Notes: generated from the sequence alone by a model not told the origin. A stretch of 63,250 nucleotides of DNA, filler included, from 6 parts of 6 records of this genome joined end to end with filler, not necessarily neighbours in it, one strand, 5' to 3'. Positions 19,530-29,389 are shown, numbered from the whole stretch's first letter. Made by a program: numbers and translations.

Positions 19530-20942
19530 CTATAATAACGGGCGATTCGGCACGACCGGATATTTTACATAGGCCATGGGCGCGCTTAGTCCGTGAATAT
19601 CCTGTGCGGCGTTAATGGCCGCAGCAACATCCGGGAAGGGTATGAATCCCAGCTTCTCTATCATAGCCGGATTTTTCGCTCCCGCGACAAAAATCCTGCC
19701 CGCGTGATTAAGACGCCTCAAGGGGAATGAGGCGAAAACAGGCAGAATCGGATGATGGGAAAAACGGAAGCGGTAGTTATGGATGTATTCGGGATGGTTG
19801 GCGTACTCATCCGAATATAGGTCCAGGATTCGATACGGATCCTTGCAATGGGGCAGTATGTTCTCAAAGACGTCCTTATAGGGCGCGAACTTGGGCAGGT
19901 CCCAGTCTTCTTCGGCCGGAGTTGAAAGTATTACCGTGCACCCGGGCGCTCCCATGGCTTCAATCACGCCGCCGAAATAACCCAGGCCGTTGGAAATCAG
20001 GGACAGGAATGGATTGGTCTCCGAAAAGGCGGCATAGGGGCTTCCTTGCGGAATGCCGTATAACACGATGTCGGCTTTTTCGCCGGCCAGGTCTTTTCTC
20101 GGCGTGTATTGCCTTCGCATTTCTTCAAGAGCGGCCTTTCTCGTTTCCGGGATGGAACCGGCCCAGATATTGGCGACTTCAAAAAGGTTTTTCTGCAGGG
20201 TTTCAATTTTAAAGAAGCGGTTTTTCCCCAGTTTGTCCTCTACTAAAACACCCATTTCAGCCAGAATGTCATGCATCGGATTTCTATCCACTGACATGGA
20301 CATGATATCGGGGTGGTGGTGTTGCCGGATGGAGCGATAGGAAGAAAGGCCGACGCATATTGATTTCCAGCCGCCGTTAAACGCCCTGGCCAGAAAAGTG
20401 TTGACGTACACGACCAGGTCGGCATCGGTAACGCACCTGTTCAGCTCCACTTCATACCCGGATTCGGTCCTTCCCAGGCTGACCATGTTTTCCTTGTCTT
20501 CAGCGTCGTGACAATATAACTGGTAACCGAACTCCTTGACCAGTTCCGGGCCGATTATCTGCGAGAGTTCCAGGTGAGTAAATTTACGGTGAAGGGCGTT
20601 GGCGCAAACAAGGTCGATATTCTTTTTTTTCACTCCGGCTGAATAAAGATCTTTTAACACCTCTTCAATACTGAACTTCCAGATGTCGGTATTGGCCTGG
20701 GCCACTGTGGGGTCGTCAAAGGCAATGGTCACTTTCATGCCGGGCCCGGCCAGATCCTTCAAAGGAGGCGATCCGATAGGCCGGGCCATGGCCTCTTTGA
20801 TTCCAGCCCGTAAATCCCTGATGGGTTCCGACTTTTCCGCACCGGCTTCGGGTTTTGCGGACATAACTGAATCAGGCAGCATTACCGGAATTAATTCATT
20901 GCCGTAGAGAATTTTTTCCTCGATCATAAGGCGCCTCCACAA
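19530..20942 (-). CDS. LarA/DUF2088 (lactate racemase) superfamily protein (start probably ATG 20927)
   Basis: PIGSPPL, IAFDDPT, ANALHRK, CHDAED, LGRT, NGGWKS. Confidence 0.8.
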   Translation of the reverse strand: MWRRLMIEEKILYGNELIPVMLPDSVMSAKPEAGAEKSEPIRDLRAGIKEAMARPIGSPPLKDLAGPGMKVTIAFDDPTVAQANTDIWKFSIEEVLKDLYSAGVKKKNIDLVCANALHRKFTHLELSQIIGPELVKEFGYQLYCHDAEDKENMVSLGRTESGYEVELNRCVTDADLVVYVNTFLARAFNGGWKSICVGLSSYRSIRQHHHPDIMSMSVDRNPMHDILAEMGVLVEDKLGKNRFFKIETLQKNLFEVANIWAGSIPETRKAALEEMRRQYTPRKDLAGEKADIVLYGIPQGSPYAAFSETNPFLSLISNGLGYFGGVIEAMGAPGCTVILSTPAEEDWDLPKFAPYKDVFENILPHCKDPYRILDLYSDEYANHPEYIHNYRFRFSHHPILPVFASFPLRRLNHAGRIFVAGAKNPAMIEKLGFIPFPDVAAAINAAQDIHGLSAPMAYVKYPVVPNRPLL

Positions 20943-21041
20943 AAGGTAATGGTTTTTTATAGGTTATAATGGATGCAGTATTTTATATTCTTTTATGTAT
21001 ATCTACCACGAACAGAAACATCATCAAAGGAAAAGGGCGCC

Positions 21042-22112
21042 ATGAATATGATCGATGGAATAGAAGAAGCGATTATCGGCTGTCTTTTGGGGGCCGCGGT
21101 CGGCGACGCCCTGGGATTGCCCATGGAAGGCCTTTCCCGGCGACGGCAGCTAAAGATGTTTCCGGATATAACCGGGTATCACCTCTTATTCGGCCGGGGT
21201 ATGGTTTCGGATGACACCGAACACATCTGCATGGTCGCCCGGAGTCTATTGGATTCCGGCGGAGAGGAAGAACTTTTTGGCAAGCTGCTGGCCCGTCGCA
21301 TGAAATTCTGGCTTGCTTGCCTGCCCGCCGGAGTGGGATTCGCCACGCTAAGGGCCATATTGAAGCTTTGGCTTGGGTTTTCACCCTTAAAAAGCGGGGT
21401 GTTTTCAGCCGGCAACGGACCGGCCATGCGCAGTGCGATCATCGGAATATTATACGGCAATAATCCGGATAAGCTGAGAAGGCTGGTCAAAATTTCAACC
21501 CGTATAACCCATACAGACCCCAAAGCCGAATACGGGGCCCTGTCCGTCGCACTGGCGGCCTATATGTCCACCTTGGGGAAATCCGACCCGGGAGAATATT
21601 TCCATACCTTAAAAAGATTGTTAGAGGATGAGGAGTCCAGTGAGTTTCTCGGTCTTATTCAAAAAACCGTTCAAAGCGTCCAGCAGGGAAATACGACCGA
21701 ATCATTTGCCGACAGCCTGGGGCTCATCAAAGGCGTCACCGGTTACATGTATCACACCGCGCCCGTTGTTATCCACGCCTGGCTAACATATCCGAATGAT
21801 TTACAATCCGCCCTGGAAGACGTCATTCGCCTGGGCGGCGACACCGACACCACAGCGTCCATTCTGGGCGGGATCCTAGGCGCGGGAGCCGGCAAGGCCG
21901 GTATCAATCAAAAATTGCTGGATGACCTGGTGGAGCGGCCTCTTTCGGTTTCTTATATTGAAAAATTGGGGCAGGCGCTGGCCCGTTTTATTCAAGGCGG
22001 GGATCCTCAGCCGGCGCCCGGGCTTCCATTAATCGCAATTCCAATAAGAAACCTGTTTTTCCTCACCGTCGTTCTGACGCATGGCTTGCGTCGATTGCTT
22101 CCGCCTTATTGA
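21042..22112 (+). CDS. ADP-ribosylglycohydrolase (DraG/ARH family)
   Basis: GCLLGAAVGDALG, SDDTE, GNGPAMR, ITH, GGDTDT; start chosen after the RBS-like AAGGG. Confidence 0.9.
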   Translation: MNMIDGIEEAIIGCLLGAAVGDALGLPMEGLSRRRQLKMFPDITGYHLLFGRGMVSDDTEHICMVARSLLDSGGEEELFGKLLARRMKFWLACLPAGVGFATLRAILKLWLGFSPLKSGVFSAGNGPAMRSAIIGILYGNNPDKLRRLVKISTRITHTDPKAEYGALSVALAAYMSTLGKSDPGEYFHTLKRLLEDEESSEFLGLIQKTVQSVQQGNTTESFADSLGLIKGVTGYMYHTAPVVIHAWLTYPNDLQSALEDVIRLGGDTDTTASILGGILGAGAGKAGINQKLLDDLVERPLSVSYIEKLGQALARFIQGGDPQPAPGLPLIAIPIRNLFFLTVVLTHGLRRLLPPY

Positions 22113-22114
22113 TT

Positions 22115-22927
22115 TTATTCCGTATTCTTCCGCCCCTTGAAAATCGAATATGTGAAAAATGCATAATAATCCGGTAGATCCAGAATAAAGCTCTTGGATT
22201 CCGGATTGCTCAGGTCAAGATATTCATCCCATAATTCTTCCGAAACCTGGCCTTTGGCGCCTTCCCATCTCATTTCAATAAGCGAAAGCAGGGCTGTTCT
22301 TATTTCTTTATCCAACGGCGCCTGGACGTCATGAACAATCGTATGGGCAGTTGCATCATTTATGCCCGTGTTTTTAAACCAGCCCAGGGCCCTCTGGATG
22401 TGACGGTCGGGGCTTGTATTTCGGTTGAAAGGAGCAATTCCGGCCGATGTTGCGTTAAAACTTGCTTCCAGAAAAGGATGGCCGGGCAACAACTGTTGAG
22501 ATGACCAGGCCATAACGGCGATAATTCCGCCGGGTTTGACCACCCGGGTAAGTTCTTTTATTAAAGCCTCCGGATTTCCGCTTGGATACCCGGCGCAGTC
22601 CACGCTTACTAACCAGTCAAAAGTATTATTGTCAAATGGAATCCTGTTGATGTCGCCCTGTTTGAAGAAAACGCGGTTTGTCAATCCGGCCTTATCAACC
22701 GATATTCGAGCATGGGAAAGAAATTCAGCCGACTGATCCAGGCCGTCAATCCGGCTCTCCGGACCGACGGCATCGGCCAGCATTATTGCCAGGCTCCCGA
22801 TTCCGCAACCTGCATCCAGCCCCCGGCTTCCTTCTGGTAAACTCAATATTTTTATGGCCTTACGCAGAGCCGGTTCCCTGAGCGGCATTGATTCGGCAAG
22901 CTTTTGAAGATAACTGCTGTCACCCAT
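22115..22927 (-). CDS. Class I SAM-dependent methyltransferase (UbiE-like)
   Basis: LDAGCGIG, GLD, GD..IPFDNNTFD, RVVKPGG. Confidence 0.88.
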   Translation of the reverse strand: MGDSSYLQKLAESMPLREPALRKAIKILSLPEGSRGLDAGCGIGSLAIMLADAVGPESRIDGLDQSAEFLSHARISVDKAGLTNRVFFKQGDINRIPFDNNTFDWLVSVDCAGYPSGNPEALIKELTRVVKPGGIIAVMAWSSQQLLPGHPFLEASFNATSAGIAPFNRNTSPDRHIQRALGWFKNTGINDATAHTIVHDVQAPLDKEIRTALLSLIEMRWEGAKGQVSEELWDEYLDLSNPESKSFILDLPDYYAFFTYSIFKGRKNTE

Positions 22928-23204
22928 ATTTCCCCCTGAATATTAAATATTATACAGGCATTCGGCTATTGGCCCTCTTCCCGCTTAAGCATAATAAATA
23001 TCGCATTATTGAACAATCCCATTTATAATATCCGTCAAATAGAAATATCCATAAATATTGTCGTTAGGCAACCAACTCTAATTGCTGGAAAAAAATCTGA
23101 AATCCGATTCCATGCCTGAGCGGTTTCATTATATTGACCTGTCAGCCAACAATAAGTATAATTCATTAAGAGAATAACAAACAATCAAATTCCAGGAGGC
23201 GGCC

Positions 23205-23328
23205 ATGGTTATGGTGATTAACGAAGTGGATAAGGTTGAAATTCTTACTTTACAGGATAATTATATTGACGCGGTGCGGCAGGATAACACTCCGGTCGTC
23301 AGTCGTGCGGTTCCCTTGAAAGGAATGG
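23205..23328 (+). CDS. 5' fragment, probable MBL-fold metallo-hydrolase
   Basis: RBS AGGAGG; MVMVINEVDKVEILTLQDNYID; truncated by the contig end. Confidence 0.55.
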
Positions 23329-23428
23329 NNNNNNNNNNNNNNNNNNNNNNNNNNNNNNNNNNNNNNNNNNNNTTAATTAATTAANNNNNNNNNNNNNNNN
23401 NNNNNNNNNNNNNNNNNNNNNNNNNNNN
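23329..23428. other. Artificial contig spacer
   Basis: N44-TTAATTAATTAA-N44. Confidence 0.99.
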
Positions 23429-23470
23429 AGACAAGTCCTATGGTGGATTTTATTTTTTTCATGGCCCTTA
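23429..23470 (-). repeat. Left arm of a 42-bp inverted repeat bounding contig 3 (possible IS end)
   Basis: Its reverse complement matches 29243-29284 at 37/42 positions. Confidence 0.85.
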
Positions 23471-23549
23471 TTTGCCAATAACTCGATTGACGGCCATAGA
23501 TTATGACTCTGCTCGCATGTTCCAAATGTTGAGCAAACATAAATTGATG

Positions 23550-24197
23550 TTATGGACACCCCAATTTAGAATCAAGTTTATTTTTATAAAAGTTCATCAG
23601 TTCATTATTTTCTGTCAAATTATTATCATGCTTTCGATATCGATAAAGAGATAAATTAACATGGCCAATTTTATATTTATCTTCAAATCGCCGGCGTAAT
23701 TCGACTTCTTCCATTGCCAGGTATTCAGGGTTGTATAGACCAATATCGAACAACAAATCTTTTCTGAACATAATGCCACATGCTATTGGGTTTTGAGTCC
23801 CGTCTTCCACACTAATCACTATACCTTCGTCATTGATAATATCAAAATCACAGCTTATAGCACCCCAGTTTTTATTCTGTGCTAAAAATAAAGACTCAAC
23901 TAGTATCAAGTGCTCGCTAATATAATCATCAGCATCAACATGGACAACATATTTTCCAATAGCTCTTTTAATACCGATATTACGTGCCGCTGACAGACCA
24001 ACATTTTCTTCGAGATGGATGGGTCTAATAAATCCTATATATGAATCCATGACATCGCGGGTTTCGTCTGTTGATGCATCATTGACGACGATCACTTCAT
24101 ATTTGTTTTTTGGATAATTTTGATTTAAAGCACTTCTGATTGCTCTACCCAAATATCTGGCATAATTATGACATGTTATAACAATACTAAATTCCAT
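23550..24197 (-). CDS. Glycosyltransferase family 2
   Basis: FSIVITCHN, VVNDASTD, GLSAARNIG, DADD. Confidence 0.92.
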   Translation of the reverse strand: MEFSIVITCHNYARYLGRAIRSALNQNYPKNKYEVIVVNDASTDETRDVMDSYIGFIRPIHLEENVGLSAARNIGIKRAIGKYVVHVDADDYISEHLILVESLFLAQNKNWGAISCDFDIINDEGIVISVEDGTQNPIACGIMFRKDLLFDIGLYNPEYLAMEEVELRRRFEDKYKIGHVNLSLYRYRKHDNNLTENNELMNFYKNKLDSKLGCP

Positions 24198-25278
24198 TTA
24201 ATAAACCCTGTTCGTAAAATTCTTTTTTGGATTTAAAATATCTGCTTAAATCACCAACACTGACCCAGAGAACACAATCCTTGCAAATGCCAGGTTTATC
24301 CCAGACTTGCTGTAAATGGTTCGTCCTGATTTTCTTAAGTGCATCACTGTTCCAAATCTCATGGATTGATTTTGAGTTTATATCACCTACAACACCTGAA
24401 TAATCCCAATCAACATTACATATACTAACTTTCCCATTGCTGTTTATTGCGAGTGTGTACCATAATAATGCACAAGGATATCTTATGTCCGCTTTTTCAT
24501 CAGTAATCTCTATATTATCTATTGCACCACTCCAGTCATGGATTCCGGTGACCTGTACCTCATCTGCAACACCTTCCCATATTTTATGAAATAAATTCAT
24601 TTCAGCTTTGGAAATTTGGTTAAATTCCATTATTTTCACTCGAATTATGGTTGAACTTCCAATTTCATCACGATATGCTATCGCTTTTTTTATATTTGCT
24701 TCAAGCTTAGCCAAGCCACTAATGTTTTTTAGTTTTTGATATGTTTTTTCGTATGCAGCATCAACACTGATAGTGATATCATCTATCCCGTTTTCAATAA
24801 TTTTACGGCCGGTCGTTGAATTGATTAGAATACCATTTGTATTTAAGTGAATAACTTGTGCCGCATTCATCTTTTTTGCGTATTTAATCATTTCCGGAAG
24901 TTCTTGGTTTAGTAAAGGTTCTCCATCCTTATGAAGATTCAGCATTATCAGCTGATTATCTCCAATCTGATCAATTACTTTTTTAAAGGTATTCAAGGCC
25001 ATATAGTGCTGTCCCTGTTTCGCGATCATTTTTTTTCTGGGGCAGTAGTAACAATTTGAATTACATGCATTCGTCGGCTCAATGTTTACTACCAAAGGAA
25101 ATAGAGTCGAAATATATCTTTTTATTGTTTCTGGATTTAAACAGGTCAATGAACCTTTGACATAGTGTTCATTCATGACTTTATAAAATTTTTTTGTTGG
25201 CCCTCTACCCAAGAGAATCTCCTTACAATAATTTGTTTTAATTAAGCCTGTTAAATCCTTTTGCCGATGGTCGGCCAA
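24187..25278 (-). CDS. Radical SAM protein with SPASM/twitch domain
   Basis: CNSNCYYC, DGEPLL, NTNG, ISVD; C-terminal YPC, SICNVD, ICKDC. Confidence 0.9.
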   Translation of the reverse strand: MADHRQKDLTGLIKTNYCKEILLGRGPTKKFYKVMNEHYVKGSLTCLNPETIKRYISTLFPLVVNIEPTNACNSNCYYCPRKKMIAKQGQHYMALNTFKKVIDQIGDNQLIMLNLHKDGEPLLNQELPEMIKYAKKMNAAQVIHLNTNGILINSTTGRKIIENGIDDITISVDAAYEKTYQKLKNISGLAKLEANIKKAIAYRDEIGSSTIIRVKIMEFNQISKAEMNLFHKIWEGVADEVQVTGIHDWSGAIDNIEITDEKADIRYPCALLWYTLAINSNGKVSICNVDWDYSGVVGDINSKSIHEIWNSDALKKIRTNHLQQVWDKPGICKDCVLWVSVGDLSRYFKSKKEFYEQGLLNGI

Positions 25279-27325
25279 ATAGTTTGCAGTCTATTTCCTT
25301 ATTGTTCAAAAGAACTGAAATTTCAGAAAATACAGTATCAAATGCAGAAAGGTATTTTTTTATATGGCTCTCATTATGAGCATACATAGCATAATAATTT
25401 GTAGATGCCAGGAAGCCATGTTCTAACATTTTTTGTATAAATAGCGCTTTTATTTTTGAGGCATTTTCACAGTTAAAAGCAAAATGGCTAAGAGGGGCAA
25501 TACCACTTACACTTATTGGTAAATTATGTTTTTTGGATTTTTCATTCCATCCATCCTGCATCATTTGACCTAAATGACAAAGATGTTTATGAGCCTCTAA
25601 CTTCTGATGTTTTTGAATCATTGCTATTGCTGCAACAGTACCTATTCTTTCAGTCCAATAGGTACTGCTGATAAATGTTGTCTGAGCAGCCTCCATGTAC
25701 TTTTCTTTGCCGATCACTGCTGCAATAGGGTATCCATTGCCAAGGGCTTTTGAAAAGACGGCAATGTCCGGTACAAGATCAAGCAATAAATGGGCGCCCC
25801 CACAATTCAATCGAAAACCGGAAGAAATTTCATCTGTAATTAAAACGATTCCATATTTGTTTGATAATTTCCGTACTTTTTTAAGAAATCCTTTTTTAGG
25901 TGGTTCATTACGGATGGGTTCAATAATGATTGCAGCCAATTCATCCTGGTTCTTTAAAAGAATTTCTTCAAGCTCTTCAATTTTATTGTAATGAAAGGGC
26001 AGAGCGCTTCCAGCTAAACATTTTGGAACACCTTTAGGCTCAAGGCCCGGTAAGTGAATCCCATTCAGGTTATTTTTATTTTTTAAATTTGCAGCCAGAT
26101 ACCAATCATGCCATCCATGGTATCCACAAAAAGCAACCTTATCTTTTCCCGTTGATGCCCGGGCGATTCTTACTGCTATAGTCATTGCTTCCCCTCCTGT
26201 CCGAGCATATCTGACTTGCTCAGCCCAAGGGTGAAGATTGCATAGTAATTCTGCAAGTTCTACTTCTTCAGGGCAATTCAAAGAACAGTTAGTTCCATTC
26301 CTGATTGATAAACTGACTGCCTGATCAACGTCACTATCAGTATAACCTAAAATATTTGCACCAACACTATTGATGCACATATCAATATAGTGATTCCCAT
26401 CTAAATCCCAGACCTCTGCTCCTCTTGTTTTAGAGAAATACCCTGGCCAGACCCCAGAAGAGAATTGATCAGGCCTTTTTGAAAGCAGTTGTGACATACC
26501 CGGAATTAATTTTTGTGCTTGGATCTGGGTTTCAATCGATTTTGGAATTTTTATTTTCGGGGTTGTTGTTTTTGATTCATCACTCAGTGATTGTTTATAG
26601 CCCTCATTTCTTTGGTATTTTATGTTTTTTAGAATCATTTCTGGATTCTTTGTTAACTCAGATACATATTGTAGCCATGAATAATTTTCCGGAGTTTTTT
26701 CTATTAAATACCTAATCACTTCAAAATCGTTTTCTTCATCTACGGTCAAGCGAATATTTGAAAAATCAATAGGGAAAGAATAATTAAAAACTTTAAACAA
26801 ACTTTGGCCAGAGTGATTTGAATTATTATAAATAAATGGGGTAACATGCTCGCGCTCTGAAAATTTTTTAGCTTTTTGCCATGCGACCTTCAGGGCAGAA
26901 AATGAAAAAACTTCAATGTCCATTCCATCAGGGTAGCTTGGCTCCAAAGTGTTCGACACATAGTCAAAATCATTATTATCAAAATAATTGATGATTTCAT
27001 CAATTAACCGATAATCAATTAATGGACAATCGCCAGTTATCCTTACAACAGTATTTGCATAGTATGTTTTACCGGCAGTATAGTATCTATCTAAAACATC
27101 ATTTTCACTACCCCGGAAACAATTAACACCCCATTCTTTACACAGGGCCTCAATTATGTCGTCTTGTCGGGAATTACTCGTAGCAACGATTATATTTTCA
27201 AGATTAGTCGATTGTTGAAGCCGCTTAATTAGATGCCATAACAAAGGTTTATCTTTAATTTTTTTAACTACTTTGCCTGGTAAACGTGTTGATCCGATTC
27301 TTGCTTGAACTATTGCAATGGCCAT
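25238..27325 (-). CDS. Fusion of SpsF-like cytidylyltransferase and class III (GSA-aminomutase-like) aminotransferase
   Basis: N-terminus QARIGSTRLPGKV, GSENDVLDRY, RITGDCP, REHVT, RLTVD; C-terminus WDLDGNHYID, GYHGW, IEP, DEISSGFR, FSKALGNG. Confidence 0.9.
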   Translation of the reverse strand: MAIAIVQARIGSTRLPGKVVKKIKDKPLLWHLIKRLQQSTNLENIIVATSNSRQDDIIEALCKEWGVNCFRGSENDVLDRYYTAGKTYYANTVVRITGDCPLIDYRLIDEIINYFDNNDFDYVSNTLEPSYPDGMDIEVFSFSALKVAWQKAKKFSEREHVTPFIYNNSNHSGQSLFKVFNYSFPIDFSNIRLTVDEENDFEVIRYLIEKTPENYSWLQYVSELTKNPEMILKNIKYQRNEGYKQSLSDESKTTTPKIKIPKSIETQIQAQKLIPGMSQLLSKRPDQFSSGVWPGYFSKTRGAEVWDLDGNHYIDMCINSVGANILGYTDSDVDQAVSLSIRNGTNCSLNCPEEVELAELLCNLHPWAEQVRYARTGGEAMTIAVRIARASTGKDKVAFCGYHGWHDWYLAANLKNKNNLNGIHLPGLEPKGVPKCLAGSALPFHYNKIEELEEILLKNQDELAAIIIEPIRNEPPKKGFLKKVRKLSNKYGIVLITDEISSGFRLNCGGAHLLLDLVPDIAVFSKALGNGYPIAAVIGKEKYMEAAQTTFISSTYWTERIGTVAAIAMIQKHQKLEAHKHLCHLGQMMQDGWNEKSKKHNLPISVSGIAPLSHFAFNCENASKIKALFIQKMLEHGFLASTNYYAMYAHNESHIKKYLSAFDTVFSEISVLLNNKEIDCKLFGRPSAKGFNRLN

Positions 27326-27363
27326 TTTGTTAATGTCCAGAAACGCTTTTTAAAATTTTCATA

Positions 27364-29238
27364 CTAGTTACGAACCCCTTTATCATACATTTCAGTTTTA
27401 TAAATGGGAATTATTTCTTCAGGTTTTCCAATTTTTTTAAGCCTGCCATTTTCCAGCCAGATCACTTTATCACAGTCTTCAATCGTACTTAATCTATGGG
27501 CAATTATTATCAAGGTTTGTTTCCCTTTAAAACTGTATATAGTTTTCTGAATCGATTTTTCACTTTTAGTGTCAAGAGAACTTGTAGCTTCATCAAAAAT
27601 CATAATTTCCGGTTGTCTGTAAAGAGCCCTTGCAATTGCAACACGTTGTTGCTGACCACCTGAAAGTTTTACTCCTCTTTCACCGATAAAAGAATCGATA
27701 TGGTCAGGTAGATTATGTATAAAATCATCCATTGAAGCCATCGTACAGCATTTCTTTATTAATGACCTGTCAATGTTTTCAGGTTCAACACCAAATGCAA
27801 TATTTTCTGCAAGTGTTTGGTCATAAATATAAGGTGACTGAGGCACATAACCTATTATTTTCAGCCATGATGGTATAACATCGTGTGTTAAAGCCTTATC
27901 ATCCACTAAAATCCTACCTTTTTTAAATTTAAGAAGGCCAATTAATAAATCAACCAAGGTACTTTTACCTGCACCTGATGTTCCAATTATCCCTATGGTT
28001 TCACCTTTTTTAATTTTGAAACTCAAATCATGGATTATTTCCGGTTCATTGGATTTGTATGAGAAGCAGACGTCCTTAAATTCAATGATTTCAGTGAAAT
28101 CGAAAGATTCATCCTTTGGTTTATTATCATCAGTTAGATTGGTTTCTATCAATGTAATATAATCAATTTGGGTTTTAAGATAAGGCAATGAATTTCTTAG
28201 ACTGCTGAGACTGTTTAATATTTGAGAAACTGCCGGAAGAATTTTCCATGCAGTTACAGCAAGAAGAGCCATTGTACCCGTTACGTAAGCTGTGGTAAAA
28301 TTAAATTTTATCAGCATAATGCAAATTGATAAATAAAGCATTCCAAAACCGACCGTTTCCAGTATGAGTACCGGCGAGTCCCCATAGATTTTCTGAACCC
28401 CAAAAATTTTTGCTAACGGTATTACATTGTTAAGGAATTTTGAAACAAAAACGTTTTCACGTCCACATATTTTCACGTCTTTGATTCCCTGAACAGCCAT
28501 CGTTGTTTCTTTATTTATTGTGATTTGATAATCATGTACAATTTTTGCAATCTTATCTATTCGTACCCTTATAATTTTATAGATAATCAAGGCAGATGTC
28601 CCAAGGACAACGAGGACGACAAAAGATACTGTTGGCTGCACAACAAAAAGCGATATTAACATAATTGAGATCATTAGCATGTCGTTAAGGATATTCAGGC
28701 ATGGTATAAAATAACTTCGTCCCATGTATACTCTCCAGCTTATTGCATTTATTAAATTTGCACTATTCTGAGAGAGATGCAAATGGTACGGCATTCTTAA
28801 AAAACCATCCATGAGAATATTTCCAAAATTTGCTTCAACACCCGCTGAAAATACAACGATCCCATAATTGGCAACAGCTTTTAAACAATTTTTTATTGTT
28901 ATTAATAAAAGCATTATCAAACCCGAACCAATAATTAATCCTTTGGCTGAATACAAAAAATCTGTGTCAATTATTTGTTTAATTGACTGGGCATAATTAG
29001 AAGATAAAACACTGGAAGGATCGGTCACCGCTGATGCAAAGAATGCAACAGTTCCCAGGGCAATTGTTTCAAGGGAAGCCACTAAAAACATACCGATAAA
29101 AAGAATCCAGAATTGTTTTTTTCTAAATGGTTGTAAGCGGCCATATATCCATTTAAAAACTGTAAAATAATTATTGTACTGCATATTTTTAAAGAGCGTC
29201 CTTTTCAGTCGTTTCAGTGTCTGCAAAAATACCGGCAT
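27364..29238 (-). CDS. ABC exporter, TMD+NBD (PglK/HetA-like glycan flippase; start may be ATG 29184)
   Basis: N-terminal TM helices; GTSGAGKST, LSGGQQQR, DEATSSLD, IAHRLST; glycan gene context. Confidence 0.88.
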   Translation of the reverse strand: MPVFLQTLKRLKRTLFKNMQYNNYFTVFKWIYGRLQPFRKKQFWILFIGMFLVASLETIALGTVAFFASAVTDPSSVLSSNYAQSIKQIIDTDFLYSAKGLIIGSGLIMLLLITIKNCLKAVANYGIVVFSAGVEANFGNILMDGFLRMPYHLHLSQNSANLINAISWRVYMGRSYFIPCLNILNDMLMISIMLISLFVVQPTVSFVVLVVLGTSALIIYKIIRVRIDKIAKIVHDYQITINKETTMAVQGIKDVKICGRENVFVSKFLNNVIPLAKIFGVQKIYGDSPVLILETVGFGMLYLSICIMLIKFNFTTAYVTGTMALLAVTAWKILPAVSQILNSLSSLRNSLPYLKTQIDYITLIETNLTDDNKPKDESFDFTEIIEFKDVCFSYKSNEPEIIHDLSFKIKKGETIGIIGTSGAGKSTLVDLLIGLLKFKKGRILVDDKALTHDVIPSWLKIIGYVPQSPYIYDQTLAENIAFGVEPENIDRSLIKKCCTMASMDDFIHNLPDHIDSFIGERGVKLSGGQQQRVAIARALYRQPEIMIFDEATSSLDTKSEKSIQKTIYSFKGKQTLIIIAHRLSTIEDCDKVIWLENGRLKKIGKPEEIIPIYKTEMYDKGVRN

Positions 29239-29242
29239 AGGC

Positions 29243-29284
29243 TAAGGGCCATGGAAATAATAAAATCCACCATACAGCTTGTCT
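29243..29284 (+). repeat. Right arm of the 42-bp inverted repeat
   Basis: TAAGGGCCATGGAAATAATAAAATCCACCATACAGCTTGTCT. Confidence 0.85.
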
Positions 29285-29288
29285 TTTT

Positions 29289-29388
29289 NNNNNNNNNNNN
29301 NNNNNNNNNNNNNNNNNNNNNNNNNNNNNNNNTTAATTAATTAANNNNNNNNNNNNNNNNNNNNNNNNNNNNNNNNNNNNNNNNNNNN
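29289..29388. other. Artificial contig spacer
   Basis: N44-TTAATTAATTAA-N44. Confidence 0.99.
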
Positions 29389-29389
29389 A

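Noticed and set aside
23377-23654. Short ORFs at the start of contig 3 and other sub-100-aa overlapping ORFs in the track
   Set aside because: They run into N spacers or overlap confident genes, and show no motifs.
25238-26600. hemL (heme biosynthesis)
   Set aside because: The domain is fused to a cytidylyltransferase inside a glycan cluster, with no tetrapyrrole genes nearby.
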